64,000 nt of DNA from the human T2T-CHM13v2.0 reference genome, Homo sapiens: the NCBI RefSeq assembly GCF_009914755.1, contig NC_060933.1; one strand, given 5' to 3'. Positions 43,479 through 60,639 of the stretch are shown one piece after another; position 1 is the first letter of the stretch, and each line of letters opens with the position of its first letter. The position numbers and the translations under genes were made by a program. The notes beneath the pieces were generated by a model. That model was given only the letters and a program-made list of their open reading frames with translations. It made no database searches and was not told the origin of the DNA.

Positions 43479-46400
43479 TAGGCAAATTAATAAATGCAAT
43501 CCATCACATGAACAGAACCAAAGACAAAAACCACATGATTATCTCAATAGATGCAGAAAAGGCCTTCAATAAAATTCAACACCCCTTCATGCTAAAAACT
43601 CTCAATAAACTAGGTACTGATGGAATGTATCTCAAAATAGTAAGAGCTATTTATGACAAACCCACAGCCAATATCATACTAACTGGGCAAAAACTGGAAG
43701 CATTCCCTTTGAAAACTGGCACAAGACAAGGATGCCTTCTCTCACCACTCCTATTCAGCATAGTATTGGAAGTTCTGCTGGGGCAATCAGGCGAGAGAAA
43801 GAAATAAAAGGTATTCAATTAAGCAAAGACGAAGTCAAATTGTCTCTGTTTGCATATGACATGACTATATATTTAGAAAACCCCATCATCTCAGCCCAAA
43901 ATCTCCTTAAGCTGATAAGCAACTTCAGCAAAGTCTCAGGACACAAAATCAATGTGCAAAAATCACAAGCATTCCTATACACAAAGAACAGACAAACAGA
44001 GAGCCAAATCATGAGTGAACTCCCATTCACTATTACTACAAAGAGAATAAAATACCTAGGAATCCAACTTACAAGGGATGTAAAGGACCTCTTCAAGGAG
44101 AACTACAAACCACTGCTCAACGAAATAAAAGAGGACACAAACAAACGGAAGAATATTCCATGCGCATGGATAGGAAGAATCAATATTGTGAAAATGGCCA
44201 TACTGCCCAAAGTAATTTACAGATTCAATGCTATCCCCATCAAGCTACCATTGACTTTCTTCACAGAATTGGAAAAAACTACTTTAAAGCTCATATGGAA
44301 CCAAAAAAGAGCCCACATAGCCAAGACTATCCTAAGCAAAAAGAACAAAGCTGGAGGCATCATGCTACCTGACTTCAAACTAAACTGCAAGGCTACAATA
44401 ACCAAAACAGCATGGTACTTGTACCAAAACAGACATATAGACAAATGGAATAGAACAGAGGCCTCAGAAATAACACTACACATCTACAACCATCTGGTCT
44501 TTGACAAACCTGACAAAAATAAGCAATGGGGAAAAGATTCCCTATTTAATAAATGGTGCTGGGAAAACTGGCTAGCCATATGTAGAAAGCTAAAACTGGA
44601 CTCCTTCCTTACACCTTAAACAAAAATTGACTCAAGATGGCCTAAAGACTTAAACGTAAGACCTAAAACCATAAAAACCCTAGAAGAAAACCTAGGCAAT
44701 ATCATTCAGGACATAGGCAAGGGCAAAGACTTCATGACTAAAACACCAAAAGCAATGGCAACAAAAGCCAAAATAGACAAATGGGACCTAATTAAACTAA
44801 AGAGCTTCTGCAAAGCAAAAGAAACTACCATCACAGTTGGCAACCCACAGAATGGGAGAAAAATTTTGCAATCTATCCATCTAACAAAGGACTTATATCC
44901 AGAATCCACAAAGAACTTAAATTTACAACAAAAAAAACAACCCCATCAAAAAGCAGGCAAAGGCTATGAACAGACACTCCTCAAAAGAAGATATTTATGC
45001 AGCCAACAGACATATGAAAAAATGCTCATCATCACTGGTCATTAGAGAAATGCAAATCAAAACCACAACGAGATACCATCTCATGTCAGTTAGAATGGTG
45101 TTCATTAAAAAGTCAGGAAACAACAGTTGCTGGAGAGGATGTGGAGAAATAGGAATGCTTTTACACTGTTGGTGGGAATGTAAATTAGTTCAACCATTGT
45201 GGAAGACAGTGTGGTGATTCCTCAAGGTTCTAGAACTTGCAATCCTGTTACTGGGTATATAACCAAAGGATTATAAATCATGCTACTATAAAGACACATG
45301 CACATATATGTTTATTGCGGCACTATTCACAATAGCAAAGACTTGGAACCAACCCAAATGTCCATCAATAATAGACTGGATAAAGAAAATGTGACACATA
45401 TACACCATGGAATACTATGCAGCCATAAAAAAGGATGACTTCATGTCTTTTTCATGGACATGGATGAAGCTGGAAACCATCATTCTTAGCAAACTATCAC
45501 AAGGACGGAAAACCAAACACCACAACTTCTCACTCACAAGTGGGAGTTGAACAATGAGAACACTTGGACACAGGGCGGGGAACATCACACCCTGGGGGCC
45601 TGTTGTGGAGTAGGGGGCAAGGGGAGGGATAGCGCTGGGAGAAATACCTAATGTAAACGATGAGTTGATGGGTGCAGCAGACCAACATGGCACATGTGTA
45701 TCTATGTAGCAAACCTGCACATTGTGCACATGTACGCTAGAACTTAGAGTAAAATAATAATAAAAAGAAATGCAAATTTAACATGAAAAAAATTCTAAAA
45801 ACTCTTTGAACTAATAAATGAACCCAGGAAAGAGGTGCAGGGTACAAAACCAACACACTAAAATCAGTTGAATTTCTGCACACTAACAATGACAATCTGA
45901 AAATAAACAATTTCATTTACAATAATGTCAAAAAGAATGGAACACTTAGGAATAAATTTAACCAAGGAAGTGAAAGACTTTCACATTCAAAAAACTACAA
46001 GACATTGCTGAAAGAAATTAAAGAAGACAAATAAATGGATAGACACCCCATGTTGATGGACTGGAAGTCTTAATACTGTTAAAATGACAATATTACCCAA
46101 AGTGATCTACAGATTCAATCAAGCCCTATCAAAATCTGTGGCCTTTTTGGCAGAAAATCCTATTCTGAAGTTCATATTGAATCTCAAGGGACCCAAAACA
46201 GCTGAAATAATCTTGGAGAAAAAAAAAATGACCAAGTATAAAGACCCACACTTCCTGATTTCAAAACTGATTACAAAGCTATGTAATCAAAACAGTATGA
46301 TACTAGCATAAGGACAGACATATAGACCAGTGGTATAGAATAGAGCCCAGAAATAAACCCTCACATATATGGTTAAGTGAGTTTTCAACAAAGGTATCAA

Positions 46401-47652
46401 GACTATTCAATGTGGGAAGGACAGCCTTTTTTAACAAATGGCACAGGAAAAGTTGGATATCCACACACAGAAGAATGAAGTGGGACCCTTACCTAACACC
46501 ACATACAAAAACTAACTCAAAATGGATCAAAGACCTAAGCATAAGAACTAAAACTATACAAACGCTGAGAAGAAAACATAGGGAAAAATCATGACATTGG
46601 ATTTGGCAATGATTTCTTGGCTATGACATCAAAAGCACAAAACCAAAGAAAAATAAATTGGTCTTCATCGAAATTAGAAACTTCTGTGTAAACAACGCTA
46701 TCAAGACAGTGAAAAGGTAAGCTACAGGCTGGGAAAAAATTTGCAGATCTGATAAGGGATTAATATCCAGAATATGTAAGAATTCCTACAACCCATGAAA
46801 AACAAAATCAATTTTAAAATGGCAAAAACAAAAAAAACAAACAAACAACCCACCTTGAGTAGACATCTCTCCAAAGGAGATATACAAACGGCAAAAAGGA
46901 CATGAAAAGATTTTCAGTATCACTAGTCATTAGGATAAATGCAAATCACAATCACAATCAAATACCACTTCACAACCATTTGGATGGTTATTATTTTAAA
47001 AAAGAAAGAGAAATGTTGGCAAGGCTGTAGAAAAATTAGAATCCTAGTGCGTTGCTGGTGGGAATGTAAGATGGCGTAGTCTCTGTGCAAAACAGTATGA
47101 TGGTTTCTCAAAAAGTTAAACATAGAATTACCCTATGATCCACCAATTCGACTTTCAGGTATGTATCCAAAAGAATTGAAAGCAGGGACTGAAACAGATA
47201 CCTGTAGACCAATCGCAGAAGCATTATTCCAATAGCCAGAAGTAGAAACAACTCAAATGTCCATCAACAGATAAATGGATAAACAAAATGTGGTGGTAAA
47301 CACATACAACAGATTATTCGGTCTTAAAAAGAAATAAAATTTGGATGCATGCTACAACATGAGTGAACCTTAGAGACAAATTGCTAAGTGAAATACGCCG
47401 GTCACAACAGAACAAATATTGTATGTCTCCACTTACGAGGTACCTGCAATAGGCAAATTCACAGACAGTAAGTACAATAAAGGACACCAGGGCAGGATGG
47501 GAGGGAGGGGTAATGGGAAGTTATTTTTGTTTAAACAAGTACAGAGTTTGGGATGATGAAAAAGTTCTGGAAACAAATAGTGGTAACAGCTGCACAACAT
47601 TGTCAATGTTTTGATATCACAGAATTGTACATTTTTAAACTGGTTAAAATGA

Positions 47653-48267
<615 letters not shown>

Positions 48268-48538
48268 TTAAATTTTAAGTTACATATTTTATCACATTTA
48301 AAAAAACAAAGAAGTTCAACTTTTTAAAATACGGACTTTTTGGATCTAGCAATATATCTTTAAACACTTTAGAATCTGTGACCTGAAAACTAAGTCTGAC
48401 TCCCTTCTTTTAGAAGTTTAGATTCTCCTTCCCTCTGTGCCATTCCAGAGTGTTACCCTAGGTAACCAACTTCTGTTTAGAACAGCAAAACATTACTTTC
48501 TTTTCTTAGGACTCATTTCTACAATCACCATCTAAAAT

Positions 48539-49181
<643 letters not shown>

Positions 49182-50681
49182 ATCTAAATTATCAACTCAG
49201 TAAAGGACGAAATGCAGTGTCAAATTCCACTGAACTTCCCTTTGAGCTAACCACTCAGTTGTTATTTTTAAAGATCCAAGCAATAGGGCCATTCTCAGAT
49301 TGAACTGACCTTTACTTTCACAAATCAAAATGGCGATTTCTGGAAGGAGCAGAAAGCTATTTTGAAGCCCATGGTAAGAAATTGAGGGTGAACAGGGGAG
49401 GAGAGAGGCTTGCCATATTTGAAGAGTTGAGTGATTGAGGCAGAAAATGCTAGATACCTACCCCAATATTTATCTTCCTCTTTTTCCTTAGCAAAACAAT
49501 CCCCAAATAACTGTGCCAGCTGTAAAGTCTTCTATAATACTTCTGTGAGGTCTCCTTAAAGTGTGTGCATGTGCTGTCATACTAACCCCACTCAGCCCGA
49601 CTATGACGACACTGGATAAGAAACAGGACAAATCAGAAAGGAGAAGGAGGGGACCCCCAGCCACTGCAGGGGACTTTTTCCAAGGGCAGGTCCAGGAGCA
49701 ACTGTGTCTGGCAAACGTACCTGTTCTCTGGGAGCCCTTTTCAGCATGCATGCAACTTAGCAACTCAGCGAGGGGAAAGCTGATCACAGCACCGGAAGTT
49801 CATTAATCACCAAATTGAAAGCAATTGATCATCTGGCTAATTGATGGGTCAGTTTAGTCCAAATTCATTCATATATGCAGCAAACTATTATTTCCAAAAA
49901 TGTCTAGTTCGCTTTCAAATAAACAAATATAATTTATTTTAATCAGTACCCCCACACAGCAACAGCAGACAGAATTAAATCTGTCTTGCCTATAATTTTC
50001 CTCCCCTGTGTTCATGGAATAAAAACTATGCAAACAAGATTGGGCTAAAACTATTTTCTGTATTTTTAGAGTAAAAAAAAATCTTCACATTGTTTTTCAA
50101 ATCTGCCAAATTTAAAAAAAATTTAATCCCAGCAGAGCTAAGAAAGGTAAAAAGGGAGTTTCAAAACTAAGTCAACCCAACCATCACAGCAGAAAATTTT
50201 CCAAGCTGAGGTTAATTTTTAAGCATGGGGAGTCCTGCCACTTCTGTGATTGCAGCTCCAGTTGAAACTAAAAACTCAACTAGGAATACCCGGAGATATA
50301 GCCATGATGATATAAACAGCTCAAAAAGAAGCCCCCAAGTTATAAGACGTGGCAAAAAGGGGGAAGCTGCAGATGCTTTTTGGGCTCTGGGCAAACTCCC
50401 GAGACCCCAGGTGGAAACTGTGAAGTAATAGAAACAATTTGGTATTTAAATCTGTGCAGAGAGGAGTACACAGAATGAAATGGAATAAGCATCAGGGAAA
50501 ATTGAGATTTCTTGTGGTGTTATTCCCCAAGTGGAAGCACTCTGCCTACTAAAACAGCTGTGAGAAATCCTGACCTGCTTACACTCTTTCATTACCAAAG
50601 CCAGTCAGATTTTCCTTTACTCATGCAATTTCCATCACCTCAAAAAGAATATTCACCGTCTAAAGAGGTGAAGTCCATTAA

Positions 50682-51011
<330 letters not shown>

Positions 51012-52689
51012 TAAAAAAAAACAACAACAACAACAAAAACACCGTATATAAAAGTTGAAACCTAGTAAGGTTTATTTTCACTTATCTGCACCTTACCCTT
51101 CCCAGGACGTTCTAAACCTCCTCAGGCAACCAGTGCCACGTGCAGTAGAGGGGCGGCCCTGGCACATGGTCATGGCCACATTTTTAGGGCTGGAACCCAC
51201 ATTTCCTGCATGCTTCTGAATCAGTCTTTCCATCAAGCTCCCTTCTGATGGGAAATAAAAGATAATCCAGGGGCTATCTGCTGTTTCTTTACACACCTCT
51301 GGTCCTACTAAACAAATATCCCATGTAACCAGGTTCCATATTTCTAGGAAAAAAAAAAAAAAGAAACCCTATAGTCTTTTAGAACCTGGCCAAGAATGTT
51401 AGGAGCAGAAAGATCCTGACCACCCGAAACACTGAAGTTGTCCCAAAGCCCTTTCTTGTTAGTCCTGGTAAAGGCCCTTCTGTACTCTTTACTCATTTAT
51501 ATAGAAATATATTATTTGGCTAGCTGACTCTCCAGAATAGAAGCAACTTATTTTTAAAATGGGTTAAAAAAGACAATTACAGGCAGGTAAGCTTATCAAA
51601 GAAATCAAGAAGGTATACAACAGTATTCTAGGAAATTTTCTTTCAATGTGATTACCAGGGGCAGTGAGGAGGGGAAACCTTTCCTTTCTCAATAGGACCA
51701 CATAAAGGAAACCTTTTATTAGACCCAATTACTATAATTACCACCAAATATTGAACATTTAGCTATATGCCAGGCTGTACATTAAGTGCTTGACATACAT
51801 TACCTGGTACAATCTCTTCAATATCCCCATTTTACACATCAGGGAACTAAGGCCCAGAAAGGTTTTTAAAAGTTCACATCTGTCTAACTCCAGAGTCTCT
51901 AACCTCTTCACTACACTACAGTATCCTGCATTGCTTTCTAATTGTTTTATGTAGATGTTTCAGTTGCATAGATTTTAAATTCCCTAAAAAAGTAAAAGTT
52001 AAGTATTCTACTTACCCTAATAGCACCCTAAACCTAAGCCAAGTTCAGAGCACTAAAAAGGCTTTTAAATACATGCGTGACTGAACTTCAGTATCAAATA
52101 ACTCATTTTCTGACTGTCCTATTTCTCCAAATCCTATCAAACTACCTGCTGAGGCATTTGAGCCCATTGCCACTTTCTAACGAGGGAGGCAAGAATGGGC
52201 ACAACCCCACAGTGTCACTAAACACTCATGCCCTGCTTCATCTCTTGCACTGGGAACCCCAAGGCCATAGATGACTTAAACAAAACATGGCTGAAAGAGA
52301 CACGCCCGATGCACATGCAGATTGTCCCCTAAATTGAGCACATGAATAAAACTTACCCAAAGTTTTCATAAGCATCCAAGTTTCTTGTGTGCCCAGAGCT
52401 AAACCCTAAATTGTAGGGCCCAAGGCTAAGTCAACATCCTATCGGCAAATTGGTGGAAACTAGGGTTAAAACTAGGATTTGGATAGATAGGTAGATACAT
52501 CGATTCAGTATTAGTTTTACCTAATGGAATATGCCTATGTTATTCAACCCAAACTGATGGAAAAAATTACCAGTTTTAACAACCAAATCCAGTTTTTAAA
52601 TAACACAAAATCTAAGTATGCCAATTACGAACCACTTCAGCTCTTTCTTCCTCCCTCCTCTTCTTTCTCAAATTCCATATTCTTACTAA

Positions 52690-53015
<326 letters not shown>

Positions 53016-54037
53016 AAGGATAGATTTTTTTTAATGAGAGAGGAAAAAAGATGAGGCAAATAGATGTTTGTTTTCTTTTGACCAAAGGCAAATAAAGAGA
53101 AGAAAAACTAGAGAAAATAAGATTTAGAGCCTTTTTCTCTCATCTATACCACTTACCATCTGGGGGTTAAGAGCTAGTTTTACTTTCTGAAACCTCTGCG
53201 ATCTCTTTAGGGACAGTTAGAGGCGCTAGGGCGCCTCACCCCTAATCCTCCCCAAATCCTTAGGCCTGAATTATTAAAATAATCTGTAATAGACAACTGT
53301 AAATAGGACCTAGAGTGAAAAATGCTACATGTGAATGTAATCAACTTTGTGGTGTTGGTATATCTAAAGATATGTCAATGTGGCACGAACCATATGGGGG
53401 ACGGTGGGCACAGAGTTAGATGGGCAACTCTAGCAAGGTACCTACAAGCACTGTCTGGATAAGGAGGCCTGGCAGAGGGGCTCAACCCACCCAGTCCCTA
53501 ATCTCAGAAGGATACATCAGAACGTGCAAATGGCAGCAGTCCCCTTGCTTAGAACTCAGACAAGCAACCTGTGATTATATTTTGGCTCTTACTTTTAATT
53601 TTTCTAAACAGAAAGTATACTCTGACTAGCAAAAATGAGTTTCTAGGCACTCTCAGTAGATCTGTCTCATTCTAAATAAATTGGCATTTCAGTTTACACA
53701 GCAGTCTGTATTAGCCAGGTTAATATTAAGGGAGGCGCTGCGGAGCTCAGGGGGCTGCTCTCTCAGGGTGCTGACAGAAATCAAGATTCTGCACCAACAA
53801 AAAGCACCATCAAGTAATGCTAGGCTGTGAGGTTGTTTCTATAGGTCACGCTTTTCTCTAGAAACAACCCTGCCTCATCAGGCCTCTGCCAACCTTTCAC
53901 AACCTCCACCTAGGCTGAAGGTGGCTCCAGAAGCTACACACAGGCACCTCTTGCATGCCTTTTCATCAAACTGGCCTTCCAGATAGATCCTGGAGGGGAA
54001 CCACACCAAAAAAAAAAGGAATTTGTGAAAGACTAAA

Positions 54038-54072
54038 TACACTTGATCTTAGCCAAAAGGCCGAGAAGCGAT
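54038..54072 (-). pseudogene. 3'-truncated tailless U2 snRNA retropseudogene (nt 1-35)
   Basis: Reverse complement ATCGCTTCTCGGCCTTTTGGCTAAGATCAAGTGTA equals the U2 5' end; TSD gaaagactaaata at 54027-54039 and 54073-54085. Confidence 0.95.
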
Positions 54073-54342
54073 GAAAGACTAAATAACAGCACAAGGCATA
54101 AGGCATAAGGCATGGCAATTCAGCACACGAAATGCAGGTGGGTGCCTAAAGATCTTCACCACTGCGGGGGTAACAAAGCCAGGCTATAATAGCAGATTTT
54201 GCAACGCCAGTCCCTTTTACTTTCTTAGAGATTAGATTGCCCTCTTGTGGGAAATAGGAGGGGAAAGTTTCACAGTATTTCCCCTTACCTTTTTCCATGA
54301 TGGCTATAGATAGAACACATCCTGTCTCAGGGCAAGAGCTGA

Positions 54343-54837
<495 letters not shown>

Positions 54838-55051
54838 TGAGTCTGAAATACAGGTTGTCAGTATAGTTAATAACAACGTATGAATAAAGTTAGTATACAG
54901 AGAGTTAAACGTCCTCAGGATAGTTTGGTGAGCCTGGAACACAGGCAGCATGAGGAGGAATGGCTGGAAAGGTAGAGTAGGGGCTTGATTAAGGGTAGAA
55001 TTTGTTCTGTAACCAATGGAGAACTATCAAAGGCTTTAAATTGGCAAAAAT

Positions 55052-55391
55052 CACCGGGTACGGTGGCTCACACCTGTAATCGCAGCACTTTGGGAGGCTG
55101 AGGTGGGCAGATCACTTGAGGCCAGGAGTGCAAGACCAGCCTGGCCAACGTGGAGAAACCCTATCTCTACTGAAAATACAAAAACTTAGCTGGGCGTGGG
55201 GGTGGGCACCTGTAATCCCAGCTACTCGGCAGGCTGAGGCACAAGAATCCCTTGAACCTGGGGGGCAAGGTTGCAGTGAGCCGAGATCCCGCCACTGCAC
55301 TCCAGCCTGGGCGACAGAGCGAGACTCCGTCTCAAAAAAAAAAAAAAAAAAAAAAAAAGTTAATTAATTAAATTTTAAAAATTAAAAAAAA
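55052..55391 (+). mobile_element. AluS (Sz-like) with long mixed A/T tail
   Basis: TSD aaattggcaaaa at 55038-55049 and 55392-55403. Confidence 0.92.
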
Positions 55392-56082
55392 AAATTGGCA
55401 AAATTGCCTGATAGGAGTTTTAGAAAAATTGCTATCGGAAATATCACTGACTAGCCCCAGATAGAGGAGTGAAAATAGAACCAAGTAGCTCAAAGAAGCC
55501 ACCAAACATACTTTGAAACTACAAGATGCTTTGTCAGTGGATAGGATCTTCTTTCATAGATTTAAGACTTCCTCTGAGAGGGGCTTAGAGGCTCAGGAGG
55601 TCCACAGCTTTGTCACAGGTATTACCTACCTGTTGTCTCCTCCGTTCCTGGGGAACAACTGAATGTTGGACAACATCCAACCATAGAGGCTCTACATGAA
55701 AAATAAAGCCAGTGCTGCTGAGGGTCAGTGTTCCCTCTTCCTGCCGGGGTTAGGAAGTCAAGACCAATAAACAAGACCAGTGAAGAGACCTCAGAGATCG
55801 TGAAAACATAAAAACCTCCCCTTGAGTTTTCTCTAATACTTAAGGGGGTGGAGAGTAAACGATCCTTTCCTGAGAAAGATGTAAGGCAAATCAGAGCTAA
55901 AAAACGAGAGAGAGTACTTCTGCTGATGATGATGAAGGGCGTTAAGTGCTGGTGTCACGTGTCAAAGCTGCTTCCACACAACCCCTTCCAAAAAAGCCTA
56001 AGGACAGACAGCATCTTTACCTTGCTTCTTTTTAATCAATAACTAAAAAGATTTGCAAGTCTTAAAATTGTATCCCTTCCTA

Positions 56083-56657
<575 letters not shown>

Positions 56658-56724
56658 ACATATCTCTTCTTTTTGAAAAAACACACCTTTGTGTTTTTGA
56701 GGTTGACGCTCAATGAAGTAACCA

Positions 56725-56904
56725 TGTGTTTTTTAAAGTGTAGTCCATCACCCACCTGCATCTGAATCACCAAAGTTGTTAAAACTTGCAGATTCCTGAG
56801 CCTCAGACCCACAGAATTAAAGTGTATGAAGTAGGGCCCAGAAATTGGCATCCTTCAAACAGCTCTCCAGTTGATTCTCAGGTACACTGAAGGCTGAGAA
56901 TACT
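56725..56904. mobile_element. MER5A-like
   Basis: tgcatctgaatcacc..ttgttaaaacttgcagattcctg..gggcccagaaat..ctgagaatactg. Confidence 0.75.
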
Positions 56905-57009
56905 GAAGATTCAGACATTCACATGCAGGGGAAGGGCACCATCATGAGAAAAGCTTTGTCCCTCTCCAAGGACAATAATATAAGATCCATTCCTGTGATA
57001 AAGCCATTA

Positions 57010-57341
<332 letters not shown>

Positions 57342-57379
57342 ATAAAAGCATAACCCATGGCTTGAGAATGCCTCTAGCC

Positions 57380-57579
57380 CAGTGATTCTCAGGTGGGGGC
57401 AATTTTGCCCCCAAGGAAACATGTGGCAATGTGCAGACACATTTTTGATTGTCAAAAGTGGGGTAGGTGCCACTGGCATCCAGTGGGTAGTGGTCAAGGA
57501 TACTGCTAAACACCCTACAATGCACAGGACAGGCCCCACAACAAAAAATGTCCATTGGTGCCACAGATTAGAAACCCTG
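57380..57579 (+). mobile_element. MER20
   Basis: cagtgattctc..ggggcaattttgcccc..gaaaccctg; 8-bp TSD ctcta(g/a)cc. Confidence 0.9.
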
Positions 57580-57908
57580 CTCTAACCTAAGTTGAGCCTT
57601 TTCATAAATGAATACAGAAATGTAAACAAAAGTTATTATTTTTCGCTAGCCATTTTCTTTTAACTATCTAACATCTGACTTTTTTTTTTTTTTTTTTTTT
57701 TTAGCTACCTAACATTTTTTGAGATACCTTTCGTTTGATGAATTCCCACCATATTCATCTTGTGGAAGGCAGTGCCCACCCGCCACTACAGAAACCAAAA
57801 AGTGAGACGCCCCTGACAACCACCCACCTTCCTCTGTGAGGCCTGAGCATGTGACCAAGGCCTGGTCAATCAGAAGCTCCCCTCTGCAACTTCAATGCAG
57901 ACCAATTG

Positions 57909-58080
57909 GGCCTGGCATGGTGGCTCACGCCTGTACTCCTAGCACTTTGGGAGGCAGAGGTGGGCAGATTGCTTGAGCCCAGGAGTTTGAGACCAGCCTG
58001 GACAACATAGTGAGAACTTGTTGCAAGGCAAAGGCAAAGGGCAAAGGCAGAAAGAAGAGAGAAAGAAAAAGAAAAAAAAA
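57909..58080 (+). mobile_element. FLAM_C-like left monomer with (GGCAAA)n and A-rich tail
   Basis: Single left arm; TSD ga(c/t)caattg at 57900-57908 and 58081-58089. Confidence 0.8.
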
Positions 58081-58112
58081 GATCAATTGATGCCAAAAAA
58101 TCTGGAGTGACA

Positions 58113-58290
58113 CTGGAGAATACAAGGGGAGGGACAAGAATTGAAAACCTACCTATTGGGTACTCTGCTAACTTCCTGAATGACAGGTTCAACCACACCC
58201 CAAACCTCAGCATCACACAATATACCTTCATAACAAACCTGTACACATACCCACAGAATCTAAAATAAAAGATGAAAAAATATTTTTTTA
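58113..58290 (+). mobile_element. Short older L1PA (PA15-17/PB-like) 3' end
   Basis: ctacctattgggtac..ccaaacctcagcatcacacaatatac..tctaaaataaaag; TSD aaaaaa(t)ctgg(a/g)gtgaca. Confidence 0.8.
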
Positions 58291-58314
58291 AAAAACTGGG
58301 GTGACAGTGAAGAA

Positions 58315-58590
58315 TTCATTCTACAGACAGGGACACTGGCAGCACCAGAGCATGGCCAGTGACAGTTGTTGCAGCTACAGCATGCTGCACCAGAGCAGGC
58401 CTTAGCGGCTGGCTCACCAGTCTCTGCAGAGTGATTTGGGCTGTGGCTCTGGCCTTCTGGCCTCTCCTATACCTGTCCATATTCCAACCTTGCCTCTCCA
58501 CACTTCTGCAAACTGCCCCACAGCCTTTTGCTTAAACAAACCAGTGTCCATTTTAGTTACTTCAACCAAGAATCCTGAATAATATAACCA
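58315..58590 (+). mobile_element. MLT1-type LTR 3' portion
   Basis: ttttgcttaaac..ttacttcaaccaagaatcctgaataata ending. Confidence 0.5.
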
Positions 58591-58767
58591 TTCCAGGAGC
58601 TTTCCCCGGTCCATCATTTAAAAATATCCATGCCTATCTCCTACACCTTCTAATGCAAGGATTAAATGCCTAAGAAGCTAAGAACACCAAAACAAAAACC
58701 TTAAATCCACATGTGATGATTTCAGGCATGCACACAAGTGAACTACTGGCATAGAAAACATGGAACT

Positions 58768-59076
58768 GGCTGTGCACAGTGGCTCACGCTTGTAATCCCA
58801 ACAATTTGGGAGGCCAAGGCAGGAAGATCACTTGAGCCTAGGAGGTGACGATGACCCTGGGCAACATGGCAAAATCTCATCTCTACAAAAAATACAAAAA
58901 TTAGTCGAGTGTGGTTGTACACACCTGTAGTCTCAGCTACCTGGGAGGCTGAGGTGGGAGGATCACTTGAGTCTGAGAGTTTGAGGTTGCTGTGAGTCAT
59001 GACTGCACCACTGCACTCTAGCTGGGGCAACAGAGCAAGACCCCATCTCAAAAAAAAAAAAACAAACAAACAAAAA
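58768..59076 (+). mobile_element. AluJ
   Basis: Diverged dimer, gcaagaccccatctc, A/(AAAC)n tail. Confidence 0.92.
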
Positions 59077-59675
59077 CACCACCACAGAACCATTCTCCAT
59101 GTTTTTGTTTTTTATTGTACTATATCATGTAAAGTTATTTATGATTCTTCAAATTCTTTTTGGGGAAGAAAAGCCTCTTAAAATTCATTTCTAGATAGAG
59201 CAGTGGAAGAGAAACAGGAAGTCTTGATTCATGTAAGTGTCAGAATTTCAGGAACTGCCATCGTTGGCAGGAAGGTGCAAAGAAGGCTTCCAAGACCAGA
59301 ACCCAGTTTAGGAACAGCTCCAAGGTGGGTGTGAAGTGGTACATTAGAAGAGAAACATGGGTCATTCCAGCTTTGCAATGGAACGTGTTTCAAAAGTCAA
59401 TACACGCTGTTGGAAGCCTGAAATACATTTCCCACAAAAGTATTGCTTCACGTCATGGCTAGAGTCCCAGGCTAGCCCATAAAAGCCTCCTTAACATGAA
59501 CTGCTACATGCAGACATAATCAGGGGACGTTGTGGAAACAACAGATGAAGGTTTTTAATACAGTACCCAAAAGTTATCCAAGGACTCTCAGAAAAGCAGA
59601 GGCACCAGGTAAAAAGGCAGATTCAGTAGGAGCAGTGGTTAGAGACAGGACGCTGAAGTCTGGGTATGTGCTTTA

Positions 59676-60010
<335 letters not shown>

Positions 60011-60327
60011 AGAACCCTCTTAATTTTCTTGGTTTTTCAAGTGCATATGGATCTCAGCTTATTCTTCATATCACATGTACCCATAGCTCTCTGTAGAAGC
60101 CTTTCAAGTCCGATGATCATATTAAAATAAATGCTCTTCTTTGCTGAGACATTAATGACAAATTAAGAAAAGAAAAAAGGCTCTTCTGTCTTTCCAGAAA
60201 TCTAGGTTTCTAGTGTTGAAAGTGATCCTAGAGATAATTTTGTCAAACCTCCTGCCCAATGTAGGAGCCCTTTCCATAGCATCTCACAGACACACACCCA
60301 ACACAAGAGTCAGAAAAAGTATACTTC

Positions 60328-60633
60328 GGCCGGACAAGGTTGGCTCACACCTGTAATCCAGGCACTTTGGGAGGCCAAGGCAGTTGTTTACCTTGAGGTC
60401 AGGAGTTTGAGACCAGCCTGGCCAAAATGGTGAAACCCCACCTCTACAAAAACTACAAAAATTACCCAGGCATGGTGGTGCATGCCTGTAATCCCAGCTA
60501 CTCGAGGGGCTAAGGCAGGAGAAATCACTTGAGCCAGGGAGGCAGAGGTTGCAATGAGCCCAGACGGCACCACTGCACCCCAGCCTCGGCGACAGTGAGA
60601 CACTGTCTCAAAAGAAAAAAGAAAGAAAGAAAA
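60328..60633 (+). mobile_element. Alu (Sz/Jb-like)
   Basis: Full dimer; degenerate TSD aaaagta..tacttc. Confidence 0.9.
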
Positions 60634-60639
60634 AGTAGT

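Noticed and set aside
52010-52410. Isolated strong minus-strand donors (52015, 52357; also 14698, 23675) and scattered ccctaa hexamers
   Set aside because: No convincing paired acceptors or tandem telomeric array; expected by chance in 64 kb
54038-54072. Functional U2 snRNA gene
   Set aside because: Only the first 35 nt; no Sm site or 3' domain; flanked by a TSD
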